NCBI GenBank assembly: GCA_964648855.1
Contig: CAZYLT010000004.1
Location: forward strand, 79,532 to 111,531
Length of the DNA stretch: 32,000 bases
Direction of reading: 5' to 3'
Source: an uncultured archaeon
GTDB taxonomy: Archaea; Asgardarchaeota; Thorarchaeia; Thorarchaeales; Thorarchaeaceae
This document shows, one piece after another, positions 18,225 to 27,515 of this stretch. The translations under genes and the position numbers were made by a program. Below the pieces are notes generated by a model, which saw only the letters and a list, made by a program, of their open reading frames with translations, did no database searches and was not told where the DNA came from. Within the stretch, counting starts at the first letter, position 1. Every line of letters begins with the position of its first letter.

Positions 18225-18815
18225 ATGGAGATGTTTTCGCTGTCAGACGAAAATCGGGAGAAGGTAGGCAGGCTCATAGATGCAATGCAGTCGAATCTGG
18301 TCGAGCTTTATGACATCATGAACGAGCTTCGGTCCCATTTAAAGGACATACCCTTCTACGAGGGACAGAATTTCCCTCTCTTCTCTGAAGTAAAAACCAA
18401 AAGGGGGACTGCTAAGCCGGAGGGACCTGACCGGGAAGTGGCGACTGCTGGATCGAAACAATCGTTTCCTAAGCAGGCAACAACCGAATCATCTCCCTCC
18501 ACCTCGGTAGAATCGGTTTCCGAGAGGGCTGTCCGAAAGAACAAACTGAATGAGGCTCGTGTTTCGAGAGTTCTGGATCCAATCATTTTTGAACTGGAAA
18601 ATGCAAACAGCCCAGCGGAAGTGGTTGCCGAGTATGTTCAATCTGCAAAGGATGAGTTGATGACTCCCGGAAATCCAAATAGCAAAGTATCTCGAGATAT
18701 GGACATAGTCTTGAAATTTCTACGAGCTAGAGGAGCAAAGCCAATTAATCCTGATGAACGTGAAAACATACTGCGTAGAATTAAGAGATGGCACGCGCAT
18801 TTGATTTCCAAATAA
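18225..18815 (+). CDS. Hypothetical protein (N-terminal helix, S/T/E-rich linker, C-terminal four-helix domain)
   Basis: 196-aa ORF filling the gap, with protein-like composition; family not recognised with certainty. Confidence 0.8.
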   Translation: MEMFSLSDENREKVGRLIDAMQSNLVELYDIMNELRSHLKDIPFYEGQNFPLFSEVKTKRGTAKPEGPDREVATAGSKQSFPKQATTESSPSTSVESVSERAVRKNKLNEARVSRVLDPIIFELENANSPAEVVAEYVQSAKDELMTPGNPNSKVSRDMDIVLKFLRARGAKPINPDERENILRRIKRWHAHLISK

Positions 18816-19004
18816 ATAAGCCTAGCTCATTATGGAGATGCTCTGTATCAACACGACTCATATCATTATAGATGAATCTTAAAAAAAAGAAACAGAATCA
18901 GGGGAAACCACATTATCTATGCCATTTAATCGCAGATGGCAATCCAATTCTACATGTGAATCCTTATAGCCTTAACAAAAAATTCGGTAACGAGTGGCAA
19001 ACAA

Positions 19005-21023
19005 ATGGATAAAAACGGCGACCTTATCGTTGGTTTCGATATCCTTCCCTCTCGAAGTCCTAGATCCAAGTCTATGGCTCAATTTGCATGTATTGTGTTT
19101 CGAGATGGATCCATTTTGAATGAATACCCTCAAATAAGCCGCCACTCTCTAATACGTTTGATTCGGGAATTAGAGCCAACTTGGGTCAGCACAGATAATA
19201 TCTTTGAAATTGTACCTGATAGCAAATCGCTTTATCAATTTGTCAGGCGACTCCCGTCGGAAACTAGAATTGTCCAAGTTACAGGAGCTCCTCCCCACCA
19301 AGTTTCTCTGAAACGTTTGGCAAGAAAGCATGAGATAGATGTAGGGGGCAAACCTACCCCAATAGAATCTGCAAGAATTGCTGCTGAATTGACTTCTTTG
19401 GGTGTGGGACATAGACTAGAATGCTTTAGCGGAGAGACAGAAATCAAGATTACCCGTGGTAGAAAAGTTGGCAGAGGAGGACAGAGCACAAATAGATACC
19501 GCCGACGGATGCACTCGCGTATCCAACAGATGACACGAGAAATTCAAGGCAGGCTAAAAGAGGCAGAAATCGAATACGAGCGTGATATACGGGAGTCAGA
19601 TTTTGGATACTCAAGTGCGAGAATTATCGTATATTCACCCCTGCCAGCTATCCGTAAGCTTGTTAGTTCCAAGCGCGGAGGCGACTTCAATGTAAAAATT
19701 AGTCCAGTCCGCAAGAGAACAGAGTTCATCCCTCTCGAACCGCAACCTGTACCAAAAGACTTCACTCCCAAATACTTCGTCTTGGGAGTTGACCCGGGTA
19801 CTACAGCAGCCATATGTCTCTTGACACTAACTGGAAAAATTCACAAACTCATGAGTAAGAAGGGTTTTACTCGGGCGGAAATTATCAGAAGAGTCTATCG
19901 GCAAGGAATGCCCGTCTTGGTCGCATCCGATGTTCCCCATATTCCGCATTTTGTTGATAAGCTTGCCAGCTCAATCAAGGCTGAAGTATTCACGCCCAAC
20001 AAGGAGATTCCCGTTGCAGAAAAGAACGAAATCGCACGGGAGTATTCAGAAGACTACAAGATTCGAAATGCTCACGAGAGAGACGCACTGACTGCTGCTG
20101 TATACGCATTGCGCGACATAAAACCAAAATTAGACCAAATTGACAAACGAATACGTGATGAAAATCTTCCCGTCAATAGAAATCATCTAAAAGCTCTAGT
20201 GATAAAGGGGATGCCTATGAGTGAGGCAATAGCAAGCTTGACTCGCAGTGAAGCCAAAGCTGTCGAGCCACCACCAGCTGAAATTCCCAAAGAAGAGCCC
20301 ATCACACGCGAACAACTGGACCGACTGCAATCTAAAATAGAGTCGTTGGAACATGAAAACGAGGTTCTGGAAGATAAAATCGACGATTTGAATCGGTCAG
20401 TTGAATACCACAAGTTCAGACAAACGGAATTGGAGCACAGCTTGGAGATAGTGAATGAAGATAACTACTGGCGTGTTAAGAGGGATCGAGAACTTGCTAG
20501 GAAAGAGTCGGCTATCAGATATATTCGACGTGATAACCGAAAATTAAGAAGAAAAATCAAATCACTAGAAGAACGATTAGACCACCTGATTGGGGTAAAA
20601 CGGCTTGAGATGCGCGGAGATATGCTCGCCATTAAGACTATTCCGCATTTCACCAGAGAATGCATTCTGGAATATGAGAATAATGTTGGCATAAAACCAA
20701 ATGACATCATTCTGTTCGAAGATGCATCAGGAGGCGGTCCTCAAACCGCCTCAATGTTAATAGAAAGAGGAGTAGCTGCTGTGATAACCGACACTCCACT
20801 ATCTCATCTTGCAGTAAACCAATTGGTGGATGCAACCATTCCCGTGATCGAGGCAACAGAAGTTGAACTGCAGCGTATTGATGAATTTGCATTCATAAAT
20901 CGGAGGAAATTCGAAAAACAAATGAGCAAGTTCATGATGGAAGCTAGAGAAAAGGCTAGACAAAGAAGCGAAGATCAACTCGTCGAAATGGTAGAAAAAT
21001 ACAGACGCGACATTGAAAGATAA
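19005..21023 (+). CDS. DUF460 family protein (RNase H-fold domains plus coiled coil)
   Basis: IVGFDI, STDNIFE, GRGGQSTNRYRR, LGVDPGTT, NAHERDALTAA and a long C-terminal coiled coil. Confidence 0.88.
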   Translation: MDKNGDLIVGFDILPSRSPRSKSMAQFACIVFRDGSILNEYPQISRHSLIRLIRELEPTWVSTDNIFEIVPDSKSLYQFVRRLPSETRIVQVTGAPPHQVSLKRLARKHEIDVGGKPTPIESARIAAELTSLGVGHRLECFSGETEIKITRGRKVGRGGQSTNRYRRRMHSRIQQMTREIQGRLKEAEIEYERDIRESDFGYSSARIIVYSPLPAIRKLVSSKRGGDFNVKISPVRKRTEFIPLEPQPVPKDFTPKYFVLGVDPGTTAAICLLTLTGKIHKLMSKKGFTRAEIIRRVYRQGMPVLVASDVPHIPHFVDKLASSIKAEVFTPNKEIPVAEKNEIAREYSEDYKIRNAHERDALTAAVYALRDIKPKLDQIDKRIRDENLPVNRNHLKALVIKGMPMSEAIASLTRSEAKAVEPPPAEIPKEEPITREQLDRLQSKIESLEHENEVLEDKIDDLNRSVEYHKFRQTELEHSLEIVNEDNYWRVKRDRELARKESAIRYIRRDNRKLRRKIKSLEERLDHLIGVKRLEMRGDMLAIKTIPHFTRECILEYENNVGIKPNDIILFEDASGGGPQTASMLIERGVAAVITDTPLSHLAVNQLVDATIPVIEATEVELQRIDEFAFINRRKFEKQMSKFMMEAREKARQRSEDQLVEMVEKYRRDIER

Positions 21024-21024
21024 T

Positions 21025-21270
21025 CTATTCTGATATTTGAATCCACAGAATATTATTGCCCCTGAGCAGAATCTCACCATACTTGGCCTTCACTTGGGTT
21101 GAACCTTCGTCGTCGTAGTCAAGCTCCTCTGCATCAGCTAACGTCAGATTCATGTACACATCACATCGTGTTAGACGTCCTCTGAATATTCTTTCATCCT
21201 TCAGCTTGATTGATACGACATTGCTAAGATGCTGCTCCAATGCCTTTATTGGGTTTTTCTCACCCGACAT
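21025..21270 (-). CDS. Sm-like archaeal protein (LSm/SmAP)
   Basis: Sm1 GRLTRCDVYMNLTL and Sm2 ILLRGNNI motifs; 81 aa. Confidence 0.95.
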   Translation of the reverse strand: MSGEKNPIKALEQHLSNVVSIKLKDERIFRGRLTRCDVYMNLTLADAEELDYDDEGSTQVKAKYGEILLRGNNILWIQISE

Positions 21271-21383
21271 TTATGTGTCCTCTTCGAAATGCCGCGTTGA
21301 GTGTATTATAAAGCCTTTGCTACAATGACCTAGTGAAAGAATCATAGACAACGAGAATATCGCAAAAAGGGATGGTATACAAT

Positions 21384-22373
21384 ATGACGCTTACTTGTCT
21401 TGGAATTGAAGGGACAGCTCACTCCTTTGGTGCTGCCTTAGTAACAAATGATGGTACTATTCACTCCAACTTGTGGGACATGCTAGAACCACAAAGCGGT
21501 GGAATCCATCCTCGGGAAGCTAGCCAACATCATGCACAAATAGGGCCAGAGATTGTCAAAAATGCTATCAAACAAGGCGGTATCCACCCAGACAATATAG
21601 ACTTGGTTGCTTTTTCACAGGGGCCTGGTCTGGGCCCTTGCCTACGTACAACAGCCACAATTGCTAGGTCATTGGCATTGACTCTATCCGTGCCATTGGT
21701 AGGTGTCAATCATTGTATCGCTCATATTGAGATTGGTCGGATGGAATCCAATTTCGTGGACCCAGTTACAGTTTACGTATCCGGTGGTAATTCACAAATC
21801 ATCGCATATGCCGGGGAGAGGTACAGAACTTTTGGAGAAACATTGGATATTGCTATAGGCAATATGCTTGATACATTCGGGCGATATGTGGGTATGCCTT
21901 TCCCCGCGGGGCCAAGGGTTGAAATTGAGGCAAGGCAAGGCAGTAATTATCATACATTACCCTACTCGGTAAAAGGCATGGACTTCAGCTATTCCGGCAT
22001 GTTAACTGCAGCTCAACGACTGTATGATGAGGGAACGCCACTGCCCGACTTGTGTTTTAGCATTCAAGAAACTGCATTTGGCATGATTGCAGAAGTAGCA
22101 GAGCGGGCTATTGCACATACAGGGAAGAAGGAACTACTTCTGACAGGGGGGGTTGCACGAAATGACCGGCTATCACAGATGCTAGCTGGTTTGGCAAAAA
22201 GACACGATAGTAGTTATCATAGAGTTTCTCCGTCACTGGCTGGTGATCAGGGGGCGATGATTGCTTGGACTGGAATACTTCAATATGAGCATGGAAATCA
22301 ACTTGCCATTGAGGATTCTATTGTAATTCCCAAATGGCGAACCGATGAACAGAAAATCAGTTGGAGGGGCTAG
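21384..22373 (+). CDS. kae1: t6A synthase, KEOPS subunit Kae1
   Basis: LGIEGTAH, GGIHPRE, GPGLGP, VNHCIAHIE, VSGGNSQ, GGVARN; alternative start 21372. Confidence 0.97.
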   Translation: MTLTCLGIEGTAHSFGAALVTNDGTIHSNLWDMLEPQSGGIHPREASQHHAQIGPEIVKNAIKQGGIHPDNIDLVAFSQGPGLGPCLRTTATIARSLALTLSVPLVGVNHCIAHIEIGRMESNFVDPVTVYVSGGNSQIIAYAGERYRTFGETLDIAIGNMLDTFGRYVGMPFPAGPRVEIEARQGSNYHTLPYSVKGMDFSYSGMLTAAQRLYDEGTPLPDLCFSIQETAFGMIAEVAERAIAHTGKKELLLTGGVARNDRLSQMLAGLAKRHDSSYHRVSPSLAGDQGAMIAWTGILQYEHGNQLAIEDSIVIPKWRTDEQKISWRG

Positions 22374-22375
22374 TT

Positions 22376-23005
22376 ATGACAAAAAATATTATTGCCTTAG
22401 GAGCCGAATCTGAGATTACCAAGATTACTATTTGGGGTCAGACGTATGTAGCAAAAAGGAGGCCAACAAAACCATATCTATTGAGTGAATTGGATACATA
22501 TCTGAGAGCGAGCAGAACAGCAAGAGAATGTAAGAGTCTAAACATAGCGCGTAGTCTTGGAATTCCTACACCTGCTGTACATTCTGTAGATATGAAACAT
22601 TATACACTTATCTTGGACTATATTGCCGGTGAACAACTCAAGGAGAAGGTGGACCGAATCTCTCTCTCCCATCTAAGACGATTTTGTAAGGAATTTGGAT
22701 CATTAATTGGAATACTTCATAATGGAAATCTAGTTCATGGCGATCCCACCACCAGTAATGTGATAATTGACAACAAATCTCGCCTTTGGATGGTTGATTT
22801 TGGATTATCGGAACTAAATGCTGATATCGAAATGAAAGGTGTAGATTTACATCTCATTCGTAGGGCCTTTGAAACAACCCACTGGAGCCATCAGGATGAA
22901 ATGCTACAATCAACAATAGAAGGTTATACTGAAATATTGGGAGATTTAGCAGAACCAAACTTGTCTAGAATGGAAGAGATTCGGATACGTGGAAGGTACC
23001 ATTAG
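22376..23005 (+). CDS. bud32: KEOPS kinase/ATPase Bud32
   Basis: LGAES, KRRPTKPY, HGDPTTSN, DFGL, GVDLHL, C-terminal RGRY; follows kae1. Confidence 0.95.
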   Translation: MTKNIIALGAESEITKITIWGQTYVAKRRPTKPYLLSELDTYLRASRTARECKSLNIARSLGIPTPAVHSVDMKHYTLILDYIAGEQLKEKVDRISLSHLRRFCKEFGSLIGILHNGNLVHGDPTTSNVIIDNKSRLWMVDFGLSELNADIEMKGVDLHLIRRAFETTHWSHQDEMLQSTIEGYTEILGDLAEPNLSRMEEIRIRGRYH

Positions 23006-23076
23006 TCCAACAAAATCTACAGCTTCCCCGAACACAAGGCAATCTTTATATCGCGAGTTTCTGGCCGTGAGAGCGA

Positions 23077-23108
23077 CTCAACAGACAGCGGAAAATGCTG
23101 TTTTTGAG
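23077..23108 (+). promoter_or_regulatory. Hairpin in rps15 5' leader abutting the ribosome-binding site
   Basis: CTCAACAGACAGC-GGAAAAT-GCTGTTTTTGAG forms 12 bp with one bulge. TATA (TTTATA) is at 23045-23050 and GAGGT at 23108-23112. Confidence 0.5.
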
Positions 23109-23119
23109 AGGTAATACTG

Positions 23120-23575
23120 ATGGCGAGAATGCATACCAGAAGAAAGGGGCAAGCTGCAAGCAATAGACCCTCCACCCTCGAAGTACCTGAATGGTTTGAT
23201 AAAGATGCTGAGTGGGTAGAGGACAAAGTTGTCGAGCTTGCAAAAGCTGGAAATACGCCCTCAATGATAGGAACAATTCTCAGAGATCAGTATGGAGTTC
23301 CTTTGGTGAAAGTCATCATAGGAAAAAAAATCACGAAAATCGTTGAAGAGCATGATTTACAGCGACAGGTCCCGGAAGATCTTAGGAACCTGATTGCCAA
23401 AGCTCAGCGCATTCGTAGGCATCTAGAAGAAAACAGGAAAGATTTCGTTGCGAAACGTGGGCTGCAACTAATAGAAAGCAAAGTCCACAGGCTCTCCAAA
23501 TATTATCGAAAGAAGAGGGTATTGCCTGCAGATTGGAAATACAGTCCTGAGCAGGCTGCCGTTCTGTTGCGGTAG
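23120..23575 (+). CDS. rps15: 30S ribosomal protein uS15 (S15P/S13e)
   Basis: MARMHTRRKG, GTILRDQYGVP, PEDL, LIESKVHRLSKYY, LPADWKY. Confidence 0.98.
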   Translation: MARMHTRRKGQAASNRPSTLEVPEWFDKDAEWVEDKVVELAKAGNTPSMIGTILRDQYGVPLVKVIIGKKITKIVEEHDLQRQVPEDLRNLIAKAQRIRRHLEENRKDFVAKRGLQLIESKVHRLSKYYRKKRVLPADWKYSPEQAAVLLR

Positions 23576-23607
23576 TTTTATCATTCTACCATTCCCCATT
23601 TTTAAAA

Positions 23608-24885
23608 ATGAGTGGACAGGCAATAGAAAATGATTTAATTGACACTATCAGAGAGGATTATGTCAATGCACCGCTCAAGGCTGATACGCCACTTCTAATT
23701 ATTACCTCCTTCGAGCCTCACAGTATAGTTTCCACCTCAATCCTCTGTAGAGCCGCATTTCACGCCAAGCAGCTCTTTCATGTAAAATTCGTCAACCCAA
23801 TTGTTCAAAACTCGCAGCTTCTCAAAATCATGGAAAAAAACAAAACTTATGCCAATGTGTTGATTGGGCTTGATGTCATCAGCGACAAAGACTTGGACAA
23901 CACTCTTACCTTCTTCTCTGATGGAAAAGAACCCGTTCCAATCTCTCTTCAAATCTATGGTTTTGCTTTGGAGCAATTGGGCGTCACAAAGGCAGACCTC
24001 GGCCTTTCTATTCTTGGTATTCATATCGAAAATGAAACATCTAGATTTGCTGACTCTCTTTCGGCATATGGAAAGGAACTAGGTGTCATCCAAAAGAGAA
24101 AGGGGTTCAAAATTCCTGGCACAAATCACCTCACAATTGTGGATGCTCTTAGTAAATGTATCCATCCCTACTTAGATGGCCTCAGTGGGATGGAGAGTGC
24201 ATGTGAGAAACTGCTTGAAGAATCAAGTATACCTCTGACTAAAAGAAGTGGAACTATCGACGGACTGACCGTTGAAGAAACAAAGCAACTTTCTGCGAGT
24301 TTAGTAACTCGCTTAGCTCCTAATACCATCTCTCAAATTCTGGGTACCGATTTGGAATTACTATTGGAAGACCCCCGAAGTCCTCTTCGTTACCTCTCGG
24401 GAATCAAGTCAATACTGAAGACAGCATGGAGTAGAAAACTGTTAGGGCTAGCCATGGGAGTTCTATTGGGTGACCGCGGAAGAACCCTCAAGAAACTACA
24501 GGATGTTTACAAAGTGCACACCACTGAAGTCTTAGATGCACATCAAGAAATGATCGTATATTTGAACAGTTCAGATACGACTGTGGAGAGAACTGAAGAC
24601 ACATTAATTGCACCAACCAAAATTAAATCCCCCCTAGTGCTTCCAGATGTTAGTAGAATTCTATTAGAAACATCTTTTGGGGATGCGAAATCTCTAATTC
24701 TCAAAGGCCCCGACTTCATCAGCTTTTCTTGGTCAAATCATAAGAGGACTCTCTCCGAAGTGCTAAGACCATTTTTTGAAGCAGATTTTCTACCCGTTGC
24801 GACATCATCCAATTCTTTCATGGTATCAGCAGAACCCAAGAAAGATATCAGCAAACTCCAACAAATATTTCATGAAACAGGATAG
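23608..24885 (+). CDS. Degenerate RecJ/DHH-family homologue (probably nuclease-inactive)
   Basis: Occupies the conserved rps15-recJ-pcc1 position and keeps family features (FHVKFV, HPYLDGLSG, LGLAMGVLLGDR), but DxDG and DHH are not present. Confidence 0.7.
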   Translation: MSGQAIENDLIDTIREDYVNAPLKADTPLLIITSFEPHSIVSTSILCRAAFHAKQLFHVKFVNPIVQNSQLLKIMEKNKTYANVLIGLDVISDKDLDNTLTFFSDGKEPVPISLQIYGFALEQLGVTKADLGLSILGIHIENETSRFADSLSAYGKELGVIQKRKGFKIPGTNHLTIVDALSKCIHPYLDGLSGMESACEKLLEESSIPLTKRSGTIDGLTVEETKQLSASLVTRLAPNTISQILGTDLELLLEDPRSPLRYLSGIKSILKTAWSRKLLGLAMGVLLGDRGRTLKKLQDVYKVHTTEVLDAHQEMIVYLNSSDTTVERTEDTLIAPTKIKSPLVLPDVSRILLETSFGDAKSLILKGPDFISFSWSNHKRTLSEVLRPFFEADFLPVATSSNSFMVSAEPKKDISKLQQIFHETG

Positions 24886-24892
24886 ATGCAAG

Positions 24893-25138
24893 ATGAAGTC
24901 AATAGCTCGCATGAAGATTATTTTTGATTCTAACCATGCTAAAACTATTCATCGCGTTATATCACCAGATAATACGCCCCTACCACCTGGCATAAGAATA
25001 GACTCCACTGTTAAAGAAAATAAGATAGAAATAACTGTGGAATGCGATCGGGGCGTAGGATCTCTATGGGCAACAGTGGAAGACATTATGAGTGCTATTG
25101 ACCTATCCATGAGGACACTGCAAGAAATGGATACTTGA
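24893..25138 (+). CDS. pcc1: KEOPS subunit Pcc1
   Basis: About 81 aa, AKTIHRVISPDN...SLWATVEDIM pattern, synteny with kae1/bud32/rps15. Confidence 0.88.
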   Translation: MKSIARMKIIFDSNHAKTIHRVISPDNTPLPPGIRIDSTVKENKIEITVECDRGVGSLWATVEDIMSAIDLSMRTLQEMDT

Positions 25139-25170
25139 AAACTATATCCTATTGCAAATCCAAGCACCAT

Positions 25171-26616
25171 CTAGGACCTTTTCGCCACTATTTTCTGGTA
25201 TTCGATTTTAGCCTTCTTTCTAGCAATATCAGCCATCTCTTCTGTGATAAAGCCTCTTTGAATGGCTCGTTTTAGCAGATGTTGATCAATAACTCGAGCA
25301 TCTCCGTGCATCGGGTCAATAACGTCAATCTCCAAATCAATATACCTAATTCTTCCAGGAGATGTTCCCTCACCAGGATAAATCTCAATACCTGTGTTTA
25401 TGTTCACATATCGCCCCTTGAGAGTTCCTGTCTTTGAATAATAATCCGTAATTAGTGTCATAGAGCCGGGAACAACTTTTGTGATTGCATAGTCTCCTTG
25501 ATCCCGCGGAACTTCGTTGTCAGGGTAATCGTGAGTCATTTTCAATTTTCTGCTGGTATGTCGGAACTGTCTTCTAATAGAAATGCAATTTGTATCTATC
25601 TCCACAACACGCCCTTTTGACAAAATGATATTCCTACCATCGAGTTTGACATGCTCTATATTAACGGGGTCATCAGCTCGAGGCAAATCATTACTTACCA
25701 CCATCTCCAATTTTGAGGATATATAGTCCCGTTCTTCAGGCCGGTCCTCAATAATCATCTCCGCCAAATCAACTAAAGCACCATATCCTGCACTCTTGTA
25801 AAAATGATGATGAGTCATCGTAGGTCTAAGCTTGGCGCGTGTCTTATCCAGTGCCTCTTTCACTTCGGCCGAAAACTCGATGTCCGCATTACTTGTCCCC
25901 TCAAATAACATTCCTACTTCCTCAGAATCATCATACTCTCTATAGATGCGGTGTGCAACATCCAGAAGGTCTTCAACATCCTCTCCAAGTTCTTCCTCTG
26001 GAACACGTGCAGCTGCCGTACGCCACAATATTCCCCAATTTCCAGTGTGTTTGCGAAGTCTGTTTCCAAGCTGATTGAGGTTTCTACGGGTTTCTTGATC
26101 TTTTATTTTTGTGCTCAAACGTACAACTGGTTCCGGCAAGAGCACAGCAGTTTTTCCAGGAATTGTGATGCTAGATGATAGCACTGGTGCCTTTCTTCCG
26201 TAGTCATGAGCTCTCACCTGGACCATGACTTTTTCCCCGCGTTTTAGACCTCTGTCTGGAAGAAGGGCTGGTATTTTGCCCAAATCAATCCTTGTATGCC
26301 CAGTTCGATTATCGCGATCTAAGACACAGCCTTTGTAAATTGAGCTCTTTGCTACTCTCGGAGTACGCGTAATAACCCAGCCAAGTCTTCTACGAAGAAC
26401 ATCAGTGAGTTTCATAAGCGCCTCTTCGTAAGCAATTGCAACAATGCCCTGTAAATCGCTCCGGTCCCAAATATCAATGTCTGGTATATCTGTTCGTACT
26501 GGGAGTCCAAACCTTCTTGCAACTGAGGGTGTAGGCTGTACAACATCATAGTGATTTTGTAGCAGTATCTGTGATAATGATTCCGAATATATTCCTCGTA
26601 TTCTCACCTTGCTCAT
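25171..26616 (-). CDS. fau-1: Ribonuclease / RNA-binding protein FAU-1 (AU-1)
   Basis: Starts KVRIRGIY; S1/RNase E-like N-terminal half, WGILWRTAA, HHFYKS, C-terminal DUF402-like YVNINT...RYIDLEIDV. Confidence 0.92.
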   Translation of the reverse strand: MSKVRIRGIYSESLSQILLQNHYDVVQPTPSVARRFGLPVRTDIPDIDIWDRSDLQGIVAIAYEEALMKLTDVLRRRLGWVITRTPRVAKSSIYKGCVLDRDNRTGHTRIDLGKIPALLPDRGLKRGEKVMVQVRAHDYGRKAPVLSSSITIPGKTAVLLPEPVVRLSTKIKDQETRRNLNQLGNRLRKHTGNWGILWRTAAARVPEEELGEDVEDLLDVAHRIYREYDDSEEVGMLFEGTSNADIEFSAEVKEALDKTRAKLRPTMTHHHFYKSAGYGALVDLAEMIIEDRPEERDYISSKLEMVVSNDLPRADDPVNIEHVKLDGRNIILSKGRVVEIDTNCISIRRQFRHTSRKLKMTHDYPDNEVPRDQGDYAITKVVPGSMTLITDYYSKTGTLKGRYVNINTGIEIYPGEGTSPGRIRYIDLEIDVIDPMHGDARVIDQHLLKRAIQRGFITEEMADIARKKAKIEYQKIVAKRS

Positions 26617-26697
26617 TTGCAAACCGGCCCATGTAATATGCACGCGTCACCACTAAGTGATGGTAACATTGTGCTCCAAATGTGAAATCGCGAAGAG

Positions 26698-26961
26698 CTA
26701 ATCACGAATGGGTTCTAAGAGACTCGACACATGCCAAATCTTTGTACGTGCATGATTTGGACAGTTTGGATCTTGACTTGGCTCGTCGAGAATAGATATT
26801 GCATTCTGAGCTCTAGCCGCTGGAGAGTCGTTCTCGTCATCGAGAACTGCTATTGCCTCATTAGCAGCTCGGCGAATATTTCGCGGAACTGAAGAATCCT
26901 CGGATATCTGTTTGAGCAGGTGTTTGCTCTGGTCTATGCTCCTCTGTATTTCGGGGTCCAC
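26698..26961 (-). CDS. UPF0147 family protein
   Basis: DSSVPRNIRRAA...DPNCPNHARTKIW signature; GTG start after GAGGTGA. Confidence 0.92.
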   Translation of the reverse strand: MDPEIQRSIDQSKHLLKQISEDSSVPRNIRRAANEAIAVLDDENDSPAARAQNAISILDEPSQDPNCPNHARTKIWHVSSLLEPIRD

Positions 26962-27156
26962 TGTGGACTCACCTCAAATTATCTTGACGCACAAATGGAG
27001 TGCGAGTTACGAAAGAAAGGTGACAAGCAATGCCCATATAGACATTTTGGCATGTCCAATATACAGTGAGTATTTTTTTCGAAAGGCACTCTTTGCACTC
27101 TCCCCTCGCGTAGATTGGCTTATATCGAATGAATAGATGATGAGCTCGGATTAAAG

Positions 27157-27504
27157 ATGCCAGAAAAGAACGATAAATCTGTAAAGAGAATGGCGGAGCT
27201 ATTAAGAAAGGGCGCCACTATGCTCGCAGAAGCATGCCCTCAGTGCGGTTCGCCCCTTTTCAAAATTGATGATGAGATGTATTGTGCTCATTGTGATCGT
27301 CCTGTTGTAGTGGTCGAATCAGAAGATCAGATCCAAACCCAGTCGGTGAAAGAACTCTTTCCTGAACTCAGAGAGAAACTACTAATCAAACTACAAAGAG
27401 TGGGTTCTACTTTGGAAACAGAAAATGATCTAGAGTCACTTACCAAAATTGCCAATCTGATGGTATTATTACTGCAGGTTCTACACCGTCTGCAGCAACT
27501 CTAG
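27157..27504 (+). CDS. UPF0148 / autoantigen p27-like zinc-ribbon protein
   Basis: MAELLRKGATML, CPQCGSPLF, YCAHC; adjacent to UPF0147. Confidence 0.9.
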   Translation: MPEKNDKSVKRMAELLRKGATMLAEACPQCGSPLFKIDDEMYCAHCDRPVVVVESEDQIQTQSVKELFPELREKLLIKLQRVGSTLETENDLESLTKIANLMVLLLQVLHRLQQL

Positions 27505-27515
27505 ATTTTCTGACC

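Noticed and set aside
22735-22760. Bud32 HGDPTTSN rather than HGDLTTSN
   Set aside because: The catalytic Asp, Asn and DFG are intact; this is a minor variant.
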